In this document: one piece after another, positions 1 to 10,647 of the stretch
How the letters are laid out: each line of letters starts with the position of its first letter
How positions within the stretch are numbered: position 1 is the stretch's first letter
From: Yuukianura sp. NJ FZ-2021
Taxonomy: Eukaryota
Length of the DNA stretch: 64,000 nt
Reading direction: 5' to 3'
Assembly (NCBI GenBank): GCA_046563655.1
Contig: CM102285.1
Coordinates: 4,030,001 to 4,094,000 of the forward strand
Translations under genes and position numbers: made by a program
Notes under the pieces: generated by a model
The model's input: the letters and a program-made list of their open reading frames with translations, nothing else
What the model was told of the DNA's origin: nothing
Databases searched by the model: none

Positions 1-118
1 CCAAAAAAAACAGCAAAATTTAAAAAAGCAAACGTGAAAAGCGCATGCTTGCTGGTTTTGCTTTAAAAGCAAAAAAGCAAGCAAAAAAGCATCTGCTTTA
101 AAGCACCGCGGAACATTG
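1..118. mobile_element. Right end of a probable hAT-like MITE, truncated by the window edge
   Basis: Ends in ...GCGGAACATTG (reverse complement CAATGTTCC), similar to the CAGTGTT termini of other MITEs here; internal AAAAGC repeats; abuts the tandem array. The other end is not visible. Confidence 0.4.
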
Positions 119-1381
119 ATTATGGTCTAGTTAAAGCACATCTGGGCACTGTCATGCAAAGGCATATTTAGGCATGGCGCGAGCCATATAAAATATTTAC
201 ATTCTAAGCAAAAGTAGAACTCGGATTCATTTTTTCTCATGCTCGGATTTCAGGTCACCTAGACTTCATTTCAATGGCGTCTCTAGTCCTCTAAATTGAC
301 GTTGCTAAAAGTATGGGTAAAAGCACGAGTCAACGAAGTCGAGTCAATTGTATTATGGTCTAGTTAAAGCACATCTGGGCACTGTCATGCAAAGGCATAT
401 TTAGGCATGGCGCGAGCCATATAAAATATTTACATTCTAAGCAAAAGTAGAACTCGGATTCATTTTTCTCATGCTCGGGTTTCAGGTCACCTAGACTTCA
501 TTTCAATGGCGTCTGTAGTCCTCTAAATTGACGTTGCTAAAAGTATGGGTAAAAGCACGAGTCAACGAAGTCGAGTCAATTGTATTATGGTCTAGTTAAA
601 GCACATCTGGGCACTGTCATGCAAAGGCATATTTAGGCATGGCGCGAGCCATATGAAATATTTACATTCTAAGCAAAAGTAGAACTCGGATTCATTTTTT
701 CTCATGCTCGGATTTCAGGTCACCTAGACTTCATTTCAATGGCGTCTCTAGTCCTCTAAATTGACGTTGCTAAAAGTATGGGTAAAAGCACGAGTCAACG
801 AAGTCGAGTCAATTGTATTATGGTCTAGTTAAAGCACATCTGGGCACTGTCATGCAAAGGCATATTTAGGCATGGCGCGAGCCATATAAAATATTTACAT
901 TCTAAGCAAAAGTAGAACTCGGATTCATTTTTTCTCATGCTCGGGTTTCAGGTCACCTAGACTTCATTTCAATGGCGTCTGTAGTCCTCTAAATTGACGT
1001 TGCTAAAAGTATGGGTAAAAGCACGAGTCAACGAAGTCGAGTCAATTGTATTATGGTCTAGTTAAAGCACATCTGGGCACTGTCATGCAAAGGCATATTT
1101 AGGCATGGCGCGAGCCATATAAAATATTTACATTCTAAGCAAAAGTAGAACTCGGATTCATTTTTTCTCATGCTCGGATTTCAGGTCACCTAGACTTCAT
1201 TTCAATGGCGTCTCTAGTCCTCTAAATTGACGTTGCTAAAAGTATGGGTAAAAGCACGAGTCAACGAAGTCGAGTCAATTGTATTATGGTCTAGTTAAAG
1301 CACATCTGGGCACTGTCATGCAAAGGCATATTTAGGCATGGCGCGAGCCATATAAAATATTTACATTCTAAGCAAAAGTAG
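119..1381. repeat. 233-bp tandem repeat array, left part (about 5.4 units)
   Basis: TATGGTCTAG recurs at 121, 354, 586, 819, 1052 and 1285; units are near-identical. Confidence 0.98.
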
Positions 1382-1717
1382 TGAATAGCTCAAAATGAGA
1401 TGTAGTGGGAGAGCTTGGTGTGGATCGTATTGAAAGTAGAAAGCGATGCTCAATAGACGGTGGATAATGAAACTATTAGTATGTTTATTTTGAAGTTAAC
1501 TGAAGAAGCTCAGAAATGGAACTGAATTGAGAAATGAACACTGAAATGAGTGTGGGGTTGACTCTGAATATAATGTAAAAACCCCCAGGAAAGATCTTTC
1601 CTTCCCGTCCCTATTGTAGGGTAAAAATACACTAACTGTAAAACTAGAATTGAAATGTGAATAAGTAAACCTAGGAAATAACCTAAAGAATTGAACTGAT
1701 CAGTTCACCCACCAACA
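1382..1717 (-). repeat. 3' LTR
   Basis: Identical to 7441-7776 except at 1696 (C) vs 7755 (T); preceded on the minus strand by PPT-like AGGGGGCCGGCA (1718-1730). Confidence 0.97.
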
Positions 1718-2153
1718 TGCCGGCCCCCCTGACACGATAGTGTCAGAAAATACTTTAAGATGACATTGGTGGGACTACCGAATCCGCAGCTAGAATTGTC
1801 AACTCCGCAGGTCGGTTGGGTCACTAGGGCAGCGCGAAGCTTAACCCTCTGCCTCCGTCAAAACTAAGAGGGGACCCTATTTGCTTGACCTCCTGTAGAA
1901 TCAAGCAATCCCATCTACGAAGTACCGGAAAATCGTAAACCAAGTCCAAGGAAACACAATTGCATGTTGTCAGGAGACATGATCAGAGTTAAGATCTTAA
2001 CTAAATTGAATTTAAAATGAAAATTGAAATTAAAATGAAAATTGAAATTAAAATGAAATTGGAAATTAAGTTATTATGAATAAGATATTGAAATGTATGA
2101 AGTACTTAACCTAATGGTATTGAAATGAAATTATTAAAATGAAAATGTTAAAA

Positions 2154-5100
2154 CTAGACACTAAAATTAACTTCGTTGCTTGGTAAAAGAGGGACTATCT
2201 TTACGATTGGCCGTTGAAGTTCTCCTGTAGCGGTACGTAGAGTGATCACTCTAGTAAGGCCATCTTTGCCTGGATGTAGCTTTAGAATACGACCGAGTTT
2301 CCATTTGAGAGGCGGTAGATCGTCGTCTTTGATGGCAACAAGATCACCGATGTTTGGATTGGCATTTGTTTTCGTCCATTTCACTCGTTGCTGAAGGGAC
2401 GTGAGATACTCCAAGGACCACGTTTTCCAAAACGTCTGGAAGAGCTTCTCTTGGAGCTGCCAGCGTGAGAGTCGATTGAGTTTGATATCCTCCAGATTTG
2501 GTTGAGGTACGGAAAGCAGTGGACGTCCGATCAGGAAGTGTCCTGGAGTGATCACTCCAAAGTCCGAATCGTCATCAGACATGGGTGACAGTGGACGTGA
2601 ATTTAAGGCTGCTTCCGTTTGACATAGAATTGATGCGAATTCCTCCAATGTTAGAGTGGTGGTTCCAATGATCCGAAGGAGGTGGTACTTTACTGATCGT
2701 ACTGCAGCCTCCCATATTCCACCTTGATGCGGAGCCGAGGGTGGATTGAAATGCCATTTGGCTCCAGACTCTGCAAGAAAAGAAGAAACATTAGAATTGA
2801 ATTTTGTTGATTGAATGAGCTCTTTCAGCTCATTATTAGCTCCTTTAAAATTAGAGCCGCAGTCTGAGTACATGTGGAACGGATGACCTCTACGCGAAAC
2901 AAAGCGCTTAAGGGCTCCCATAAAACCCTCAGTGGACAGATCTGTCCCAAACTCCACGTGGACTGCTTTGGTGGCTAGGCAAATGAAGACACAGAAGTAT
3001 CCCTTGAATTGCTTGTGTCCTCGCCCTTTGATTGTTTGGAGGACAAATGGCCCAGCATAGTCAACTCCCGTATGATGAAATGGAGGTGACGGAGTGACTC
3101 GTGGCTTAGGAAGAGTACCCATTAACTGGCTCATTGTCCTCTGACGCAGTAGTTTACACCGAATGCAACGGTTGCAAACAGACTTGATCAAGTCTCTGGC
3201 ATGTGTAATCCAGTACTGCTCACGAAGGAGAGAAAGAAGTAATCGGTTGCCAGCATGGTGATACTTGTTGTGAAAATGCTGGACAAGCAGTTTGGTAAAT
3301 GGAGATCTGCCGTTGAGGATCAATGGATGCTTGGCAGACTCTGGAAGTGACGACTGATGAAGCCGTCCACCGACTCGGAGAGATCTCTCCGTATCTAGAT
3401 ATGGGGAGAGACTTAGTAATGAACTTGTTTGTTTGACCTTACCATTTTTCTCCAAAGAATTAATTTCATCCGAAAAGTACTGTTGTTGTGAGAGTTGAGC
3501 AACCCTGGTTTTTGCCAAATCGTAAAACTCAACTGACCAAAGCGATGGGGCTTCCTTCTTCTGTAATTTCAATTTGTAGAGGAGGAGACACCCGACCACA
3601 CGAACCAATTTGTGGTATGACGAATACCTAGCTAAAATGGGAAATGAACATGTAACGGTTAAGATTTTAACCTTACGTTCCTCCTTGAGAATCAGTTCGG
3701 TGTTCTCCTTGGAACTGGTGAATGAAGGAAGTCCTGGTTGAGATAAAAATGCTGGTCCTTCCCACCACAACTGATTGTTAGTTAGATCCTTAAGAGGGAT
3801 CCCTCTTGTCCCACAGTCAGCTGGGTTGATCTCGCCTGGTATGAATTTCCAAGATTCTGTCGGGATCAATTCTTGGATTTTAGAGACCCTGTTTGCTACA
3901 AAGGTCACCCAGCGACGTGATGAGCAGGAGATCCATCGTAATGTAATCTCACTGTCTGTCCAACAGTAGATTGGACAGTTTAGATCTAAACTTGAAACAA
4001 GAGATGAAATTAATTTTGAAAGGAGCAATGCTCCACACAGTTCGAGACGTGGAAGGCTTTGAGCCTTAATCGGAGCCACTCTCGTTTTGGACGCAAGGAT
4101 CCTAGCGATTGGTGCGTTGTCCTTGAAAGTCCTGATGTACACGACCGCACAGTATGCCTTTTCAGAGGAATCGGCAAACCCATGAATCTCCATTTGGTTG
4201 AAGTTAGGCTGAATGACACAGCGTGGAATTGATATTTGATTCAATTCATTCAGTGATAGGCCAAGATGGATCCATCTTTCTTTCATGTCAGTTGGCAGTG
4301 GCTCGTCCCATCCAAGATTCAGATTCCACAACTGCTGAAAGAAGACTTTGCAAGAGATTACGAATGGAGCAAGCAGCCCCAATGGATCGAAGATTTTCGA
4401 TAAGTCCTGTAAGACTACTCGTTTTGTTATGTTATGCAAATGATTAAATTCAAACTTATTGAAATACAGTGAATCTGAACCTGGATTCCAACTTACGCCA
4501 AGAGCCTTGGTACTGGATCCTTCAGTCAAGGATTGAGGGGAGATCTCCACCTGACTTTGATCAATTTGTTTAATTACCTCCTTACTGTTGGAAGCCCACT
4601 TCGTAATTCCGAGTTGTCCCTTTGCCAGTAGTTGTGTCAATTGACGTTGGAGCTCCACCACTTGAGTGCTGGTGGATCCACCAGAGAGAAGATCATCCAC
4701 GTAGAAATCGTTCTGAATTGCGTATTTGGCTAATGGAAACTGATCCCCTTCGTCCTGGGCCAGTTGAACGAGGGCACGAACTGCGCAGAACGGAGCTGAG
4801 GACGTTCCATACGTGATGGTCTTCAATCTGTACTCCTTAACTGGAAGGTCAGGAGACTCTCGCCAAAGGATCCTTTGGTAGCGGGAGTCCTGATCAGGAA
4901 CTAAAAATTGTCTGTACATCTTGGTGATGTCAGACTTAATAGCAATCGGGTAAAATCGGAATTTTGATAAATGAGTAAAGACATCCGGTTGGATGGTAGG
5001 ACCCACCATGAGACATTTGTTCAACGTCAACCCGGATTCTAACTTACATGATCCGTCAAACACGACACGAAGTTTTGTGGTTGTGCTATCTTCCTTTAGA

Positions 5101-7277
5101 ACAAAATGATGAGGAAGGTAGCAAGAGAGGATGGATCCATCCTGAGTCCTCTCTCCAAGATCATCTGGTGTGACTTCTTCCATGTGACCCAATTGAATGT
5201 AATCAGCCATGAATTTATGATATTCACTTTTGTGCTCAGGGTGACGTTCCAGTCTACGTTCGGTGTGATGGAGCCTCCGCAGAGCGATTTCCCTGGATGG
5301 TCCAAGGTTGACAATGTTTGGTTTGAACGGAAGTGACACGACGTATCTCCCTTCCGCTGTTCTGGAATGATTCTGGACAAAATGTTTTTCTGCTTCAATC
5401 TCCTCTTCTGTCATTGGAGAACGATTCGGAACTGCATCAAGTTCCCAAAGTCGTTGGATGGATTCATCCAGAGAAGCCACGTTGCATTGTACAGTGTAGG
5501 ACTGGACTGATGGTGAACTGACAGGACCCATGACCAGCCATCCGAATTCGCTTGAGCATGCGATGGGTTGATCAACCCTGGAGAAGATCCGATTCCCAGT
5601 AAAAATTCTCTGAGTAACCTCCGCCCCAAGCAGAATGTCAATTTCTCTTGGTTCGAAGTATCTGGGATCAGCAAGGGTGAGGTTTTGAAGGTGACCCCAT
5701 TCCTTCCATGCATCTCCACACTTGAAAGAAGGTAAAGGAGCAGTGACCTGTGGAAGAACTAAGGCATTGACACACACTGAAAAATTACTAAATGCCGATT
5801 TGATTTTCAGATCAACTTGACCTTTGGCCTTACCGAGCTGTGCTCCCCCAACACCATTAATCATGACATTGGACTTACTCACTTTTAGTCCAAGTCGTTT
5901 GGAGCACAGATCTGTGCTGAAGGACACCTCAGCTCCTGGATCCAGAAGAACACGACAAGTTTGATAAGATCCAGTTGAGTCAAGGACTTTGACCTCAGCA
6001 GTTCCCAGTAAGACTCCATATCCACGGTTGTGATTAACTGATGCTGTAGGAAGGGAATTTAGACTAGGTTCATTTACCTTACCAACATTTGACTCCTTTG
6101 GTAAATGCAGAAGAGTGTTGTGAGCTTTTCCACAAGTTCTGCATCGGAACTTGGAATTACACTTGGAGCTCATGTGATTATCTCCAAGGCAGTTGAAACA
6201 TCGTTTGTGAGATCTCACAACCTCTACACGGTCCGAAGGGGTCATTGCCAGCAGCTTTTTACAACGGTAAATTGGATGGCCTTCCTCAGAACAGACTGGA
6301 CAGACTGCTGATGACCTTGCTGCATGGACATTTTTTCTTTCTTGTTTCCCCTCCTTTGGTTTGTTGGAGGTTGACGAACCTAGACTTTGGAGTCCACGAA
6401 TGTGACCTTCTAAGAATAAAGACAATTCATTAAAAGTAGGGACGATCGTCCCTTTGAGTTGCTTGACCCATTCGCGTTTGGTTTCATGGTCAAGCTTCTC
6501 CATCATCATGTAGACAAGGACATCATCCCACTGCTCTACATTTCTGCTCATGTTCTTTAGTTGACGGATGCATTGGTCAAACGAGTCAACTAGATTTCGC
6601 AACTGATTAGCATTTTCCTGAGATAATTTCTGCAAATGGAAAAGCTTACTGAGCAGGGAAAAGACAATCTCACGTGTGTTGTTGTACCGATCGGTGCATA
6701 GCTTCCACGCATCGTCGAAATTTGCATTCGTAATGGCAAATGGAAGAACAATCTTCAAGGCTTCGTCCTTGAGTGATGATTTGAGATACTGCAGTTTTTC
6801 ACAGCCAGACAATGATGCATTGGTCACGATCGTGGCTTCAAACTGGTCTCGGAAGGAAGGCCATTCTTCATACTTCCCAGAGAATGATGGAAGTTCAAGC
6901 TTTGGTAGCTTGACATTTGACCTCAGAGCTGAACCTGACCCAGAGGAGAGGGAGGATCCTCCCTGGGTAGCACCCGTAGCGGACGGAATGGCGACCAACG
7001 CTTCCTTGATTAGGGGACGAATGGTAGTGACCAAATCTTCAATGACCTCCATTGCTTCCACTTGCGGTGATGGATCGTCATTTTCCCCCATGTAACCCAA
7101 AATGGTGTCTTGAATGTTTTCAGCTTTGCTGTAGGCAGACTCTGTACTGGTTAAGAGCTCCTGCAGCTTGAACGATGTAAGTGGAGTGACCTGGTGTGAC
7201 TCCACGTCCTTCAGTAGCTTCAATAGTCTAGTCTTCTGAGCGTTACGCTTATGGACCAAGGCTAGAATCTCCGCCAT
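2154..7277 (-). CDS. BEL/Pao Gag-Pol polyprotein, 1707 aa
   Basis: DUF1759-like gag (KLPKLELPSFSG..W..F), three zinc knuckles, protease LLDPGA, RT (LPHH..., YVDD), Pao-type RNase H (FADSSEKAY), HHCC plus DDE integrase (GVDYAGP, SDCGSNF, GIWE); no internal stops. Confidence 0.97.
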   Translation of the reverse strand: MAEILALVHKRNAQKTRLLKLLKDVESHQVTPLTSFKLQELLTSTESAYSKAENIQDTILGYMGENDDPSPQVEAMEVIEDLVTTIRPLIKEALVAIPSATGATQGGSSLSSGSGSALRSNVKLPKLELPSFSGKYEEWPSFRDQFEATIVTNASLSGCEKLQYLKSSLKDEALKIVLPFAITNANFDDAWKLCTDRYNNTREIVFSLLSKLFHLQKLSQENANQLRNLVDSFDQCIRQLKNMSRNVEQWDDVLVYMMMEKLDHETKREWVKQLKGTIVPTFNELSLFLEGHIRGLQSLGSSTSNKPKEGKQERKNVHAARSSAVCPVCSEEGHPIYRCKKLLAMTPSDRVEVVRSHKRCFNCLGDNHMSSKCNSKFRCRTCGKAHNTLLHLPKESNVGKVNEPSLNSLPTASVNHNRGYGVLLGTAEVKVLDSTGSYQTCRVLLDPGAEVSFSTDLCSKRLGLKVSKSNVMINGVGGAQLGKAKGQVDLKIKSAFSNFSVCVNALVLPQVTAPLPSFKCGDAWKEWGHLQNLTLADPRYFEPREIDILLGAEVTQRIFTGNRIFSRVDQPIACSSEFGWLVMGPVSSPSVQSYTVQCNVASLDESIQRLWELDAVPNRSPMTEEEIEAEKHFVQNHSRTAEGRYVVSLPFKPNIVNLGPSREIALRRLHHTERRLERHPEHKSEYHKFMADYIQLGHMEEVTPDDLGERTQDGSILSCYLPHHFVLKEDSTTTKLRVVFDGSCKLESGLTLNKCLMVGPTIQPDVFTHLSKFRFYPIAIKSDITKMYRQFLVPDQDSRYQRILWRESPDLPVKEYRLKTITYGTSSAPFCAVRALVQLAQDEGDQFPLAKYAIQNDFYVDDLLSGGSTSTQVVELQRQLTQLLAKGQLGITKWASNSKEVIKQIDQSQVEISPQSLTEGSSTKALGVSWNPGSDSLYFNKFEFNHLHNITKRVVLQDLSKIFDPLGLLAPFVISCKVFFQQLWNLNLGWDEPLPTDMKERWIHLGLSLNELNQISIPRCVIQPNFNQMEIHGFADSSEKAYCAVVYIRTFKDNAPIARILASKTRVAPIKAQSLPRLELCGALLLSKLISSLVSSLDLNCPIYCWTDSEITLRWISCSSRRWVTFVANRVSKIQELIPTESWKFIPGEINPADCGTRGIPLKDLTNNQLWWEGPAFLSQPGLPSFTSSKENTELILKEERKVKILTVTCSFPILARYSSYHKLVRVVGCLLLYKLKLQKKEAPSLWSVEFYDLAKTRVAQLSQQQYFSDEINSLEKNGKVKQTSSLLSLSPYLDTERSLRVGGRLHQSSLPESAKHPLILNGRSPFTKLLVQHFHNKYHHAGNRLLLSLLREQYWITHARDLIKSVCNRCIRCKLLRQRTMSQLMGTLPKPRVTPSPPFHHTGVDYAGPFVLQTIKGRGHKQFKGYFCVFICLATKAVHVEFGTDLSTEGFMGALKRFVSRRGHPFHMYSDCGSNFKGANNELKELIQSTKFNSNVSSFLAESGAKWHFNPPSAPHQGGIWEAAVRSVKYHLLRIIGTTTLTLEEFASILCQTEAALNSRPLSPMSDDDSDFGVITPGHFLIGRPLLSVPQPNLEDIKLNRLSRWQLQEKLFQTFWKTWSLEYLTSLQQRVKWTKTNANPNIGDLVAIKDDDLPPLKWKLGRILKLHPGKDGLTRVITLRTATGELQRPIVKIVPLLPSNEVNFSV

Positions 7278-7419
7278 GCTGAACAGTAACTACAAAAATG
7301 TAACTAACTGGATGTAGCTTACAGTTTTTTGAAGAGATCTCTTCAGCGAAGTGGCGGAATCCACGAGTACTCAATTGGACGATGCTGGTGACCTCCAAGT
7401 TGACCTCTCGCTCCTTGGT

Positions 7420-7437
7420 CCCGGCTTTCGGCACCAA
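7420..7437 (-). promoter_or_regulatory. Primer binding site, tRNA-Phe-like
   Basis: TGGTGCCGAAAGCCGGGA just inside the 5' LTR; complementary, with about one mismatch, to the recalled 3' end of eukaryotic tRNA-Phe. Confidence 0.8.
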
Positions 7438-7440
7438 AAA

Positions 7441-7776
7441 TGAATAGCTCAAAATGAGATGTAGTGGGAGAGCTTGGTGTGGATCGTATTGAAAGTAGAA
7501 AGCGATGCTCAATAGACGGTGGATAATGAAACTATTAGTATGTTTATTTTGAAGTTAACTGAAGAAGCTCAGAAATGGAACTGAATTGAGAAATGAACAC
7601 TGAAATGAGTGTGGGGTTGACTCTGAATATAATGTAAAAACCCCCAGGAAAGATCTTTCCTTCCCGTCCCTATTGTAGGGTAAAAATACACTAACTGTAA
7701 AACTAGAATTGAAATGTGAATAAGTAAACCTAGGAAATAACCTAAAGAATTGAATTGATCAGTTCACCCACCAACA
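7441..7776 (-). repeat. 5' LTR
   Basis: 336 bp, TG...CA, adjacent to the PBS. Confidence 0.97.
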
Positions 7777-8881
7777 AGTAGAACTCGGATTCATTTTTTC
7801 TCATGCTCGGATTTCAGGTCACCTAGACTTCATTTCAATGGCGTCTCTAGTCCTCTAAATTGACGTTGCTAAAAGTATGGGTAAAAGCACGAGTCAACGA
7901 AGTCGAGTCAATTGTATTATGGTCTAGTTAAAGCACTTCTGGGCACTGTCATGCAAAGGCATATTTAGGCATGGCGCGAGCCATATAAAATATTTACATT
8001 CTAAGCAAAAGTAGAACTCGGATTCATTTTTTCTCATGCTCGGATTTCAGGTCACCTAGACTTCATTTCAATGGCGTCTCTAGTCCTCTAAATTGACGTT
8101 GCTAAAAGTATGGGTAAAAGCACGAGTCAACGAAGTCGAGTCAATTGTATTATGGTCTAGTTAAAGCACATCTGGGCACTGTCATGCAAAGGCATATTTA
8201 GGCATGGCGCGAGCCATATAAAATATTTACATTCTAAGCAAAAGTAGAACTCGGATTCATTTTTTCTCATGCTCGGATTTCAGGTCACCTAGACTTCATT
8301 TCAATGGCGTCTCTAGTCCTCTAAATTGACGTTGCTAAAAGTATGGGTAAAAGCACGAGTCAACGAAGTCGAGTCAATTGTATTATGGTCTAGTTAAAGC
8401 ACTTCTGGGCACTGTCATGCAAAGGCATATTTAGGCATGGCGCGAGCCATATAAAATATTTACATTCTAAGCAAAAGTAGAACTCGGATTCATTTTTTCT
8501 CATGCTCGGATTTCAGGTCACCTAGACTTCATTTCAATGGCGTCTCTAGTCCTCTAAATTGACGTTGCTAAAAGTATGGGTAAAAGCACGAGTCAACGAA
8601 GTCGAGTCAATTGTATTATGGTCTAGTTAAAGCACATCTGGGCACTGTCATGCAAAGGCATATTTAGGCATGGCGCGAGCCATATAAAATATTTGCATTC
8701 TAAGCAAAAGTAGAACTCGGATTCATTTTTTCTCATGCTCGGATTTCAGGTCACCTAGACTTCATTTCAATGGCGTCTGTAGTCCTCTAAATTGACGTTG
8801 CTAAAAGTATGGGAAAAAGCACGAGTCAACGAAGTCGAGTCAATTGTATTATGGTCTAGTTTAAGCACATCTGGGCACTGT
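7777..8881. repeat. 233-bp tandem repeat array, right part (about 4.7 units)
   Basis: Resumes in register after the TSD; unit starts near 7918, 8151, 8384, 8617 and 8850. Confidence 0.98.
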
Positions 8882-10070
8882 GGAATTTCGGTATCATCTC
8901 GGTCAGCATTGCAGATGGCGTCTTGGCCTTATTTTACTTTTTGGTGTTTTTGATGTCTACCACTGTACATAGTGGCATCTTCTTCACCAGAGACGACTAT
9001 GTCAGCGTATTCAACCAAATCCTGATTCTCTTGCGCAAAGTTGATGGTAAATATATTTTAAGTAATCAAATTTTTAAACAAATTATACTTCCTACGTTTA
9101 AATATTGTTGTGTATATGTTGAGCGTATGGGCAAATACCCATATCTACATAATATCTACATATTAGTCCCAAAGTGTGTGAAATTTTAAAAGTTCCTAAA
9201 TAGTCCCAATAAAGTTTATAACTGTTTGTACTGCAGCCATTTATCCCGGTAAACTGAGAACATTGTGGAAGCTAATTTCAGTTCTAGCAGTACCTCTGGG
9301 ACTAGGTGTAATTGTTACCTCTAGCTTCAATTTACCGATGGTCCTGCTATTCCCGCGCAAAATATTTCACTTGTACTATTTTGTTCCGGAGCTCATTAAA
9401 GACAATTCGTGCATAATTTTCTGGTTTGGCATTGGTGAAGCCTATGTTTTCTTTACTTATGTGGCGTTGGAATATTTTTGGTATATTTGAGTCTTGTGTA
9501 CGTGCTATATGAGGCTATATGAGCCTACTATTCTTACCATCAAAATGCTCAAGTATAATATACCCTATTTTATAGCCTATACCAAGTATACTTACCCTGA
9601 ATTTTCTAATGCTTGTAAACATTTGTTGTAGATTTCAAAGTGATTCTTTGGTTCCGTTATACCGACAATTTCAAGTGGTGAACCAACTGTACAGAAATTC
9701 CGTGTCGGCTGTTCCTGTTCCAACTCTCGTCTCACAACTCGGTGGTATTTGGGTGTTAGTTTGTTACATACTCATAACCAAGCATGGTTCACTGGGTATT
9801 CTGGTATACCCAGTGTTGGTAATCGGAATAATAATTATAACGTCTGTGTTACTGCTGTACATTTTAATGGCAACCAATTTGTTTACAGCTAGTGAAAATT
9901 TAATTTCAAAGTGGAAACGGCTTGCTGCAAACCGTGAGCTCAAAGTTTTGAAAAGTTTACAGCCTCTAAAAATCCATGTCGGTCCATTTTATTTCATTCG
10001 CAGATCAACACCTATGACTTACTTTCGACTTCTTTTTGACTGTCTCATTGACGTTTTGTTAGCAACGTAG
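8735..10070 (+). pseudogene. Chemoreceptor-like (GR/OR-superfamily-like multi-TM) pseudogene, 3 exons
   Basis: Hydrophobic exons at about 8860-9046, 9237-9551 and 9632-10070; C-terminus KSLQPLKIHVGPFYFIR...LIDVLL resembles the last helix of GR/OR-type receptors; in-frame stops at 8857-8859 and 9488-9490. Confidence 0.7.
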
Positions 10071-10647
10071 GTCAATCCACGGACTCTCACATCGCCCCAA
10101 AAGAATTTATTCAAATGTCAGAGACTAAGTATGTACAGAACTCAGAATTTCATCAAATCTGAATGGCTCTGGCCAAAGTCAAATTGAGAAATTTTCAACT
10201 TCAATGCATTTATCTTATTCATCTAGAGTGAAGTTGTACTAAAAATATTGCAAACTTAATTTCTTTAAGTATTTTTTAAATTTAATTTTGTTGCTGTCCG
10301 CAACTTTATTATTACCATACTAAAAAAAAAATTCACCAATTTTTATCAGGTTTCGCCACCAGATGTGTAGATGCAAATACAATTTAATGCCTATATCAGA
10401 ATCCATGTAAGTGTGTTATAAAAACAAAATGTAGAGTGCGATTAAGTGATGCACGCTTCTAACATCATTTCTAAAAAGAAAAGGGTGGAAAGATTTTTTT
10501 TATAGATTTGAATCAGTTTTCCGCAGATCGTGATCATTGGCGAAGATTTTGATATTGTGACAACTTTTTCATTTATTTCTGAATGAGACTTGGTCTGAAA
10601 CGATTTTATCCATGGGCGTTAATTAAAAATTAAATAATAAAACCTTA

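Larger units (their letters stand above)
1382..7776 (-). mobile_element. Full-length BEL/Pao LTR retrotransposon
   Basis: Two 336-bp TG...CA LTRs (1382-1717, 7441-7776), 5-bp TSD AGTAG (1377-1381, 7777-7781), PBS, PPT and a single gag-pol ORF. Confidence 0.98.

Noticed and set aside
5930-5950. Protease motif DPG instead of D[ST]G
   Set aside because: As I recall, this variant occurs in other BEL/Pao elements; it is not evidence of inactivity.
2575-7512. Short alternate-frame and antisense ORFs inside the retrotransposon, including a possible env or accessory gene
   Set aside because: No recognisable motifs; expected shadows of a long ORF; no room for env between pol and the 3' LTR.
119-8881. 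Regular repeats next to an integrase/RT ORF suggesting a CRISPR-like array
   Set aside because: Units are contiguous and near-identical with no unique spacers; the ORF is an ordinary BEL/Pao polyprotein with LTRs and a TSD.
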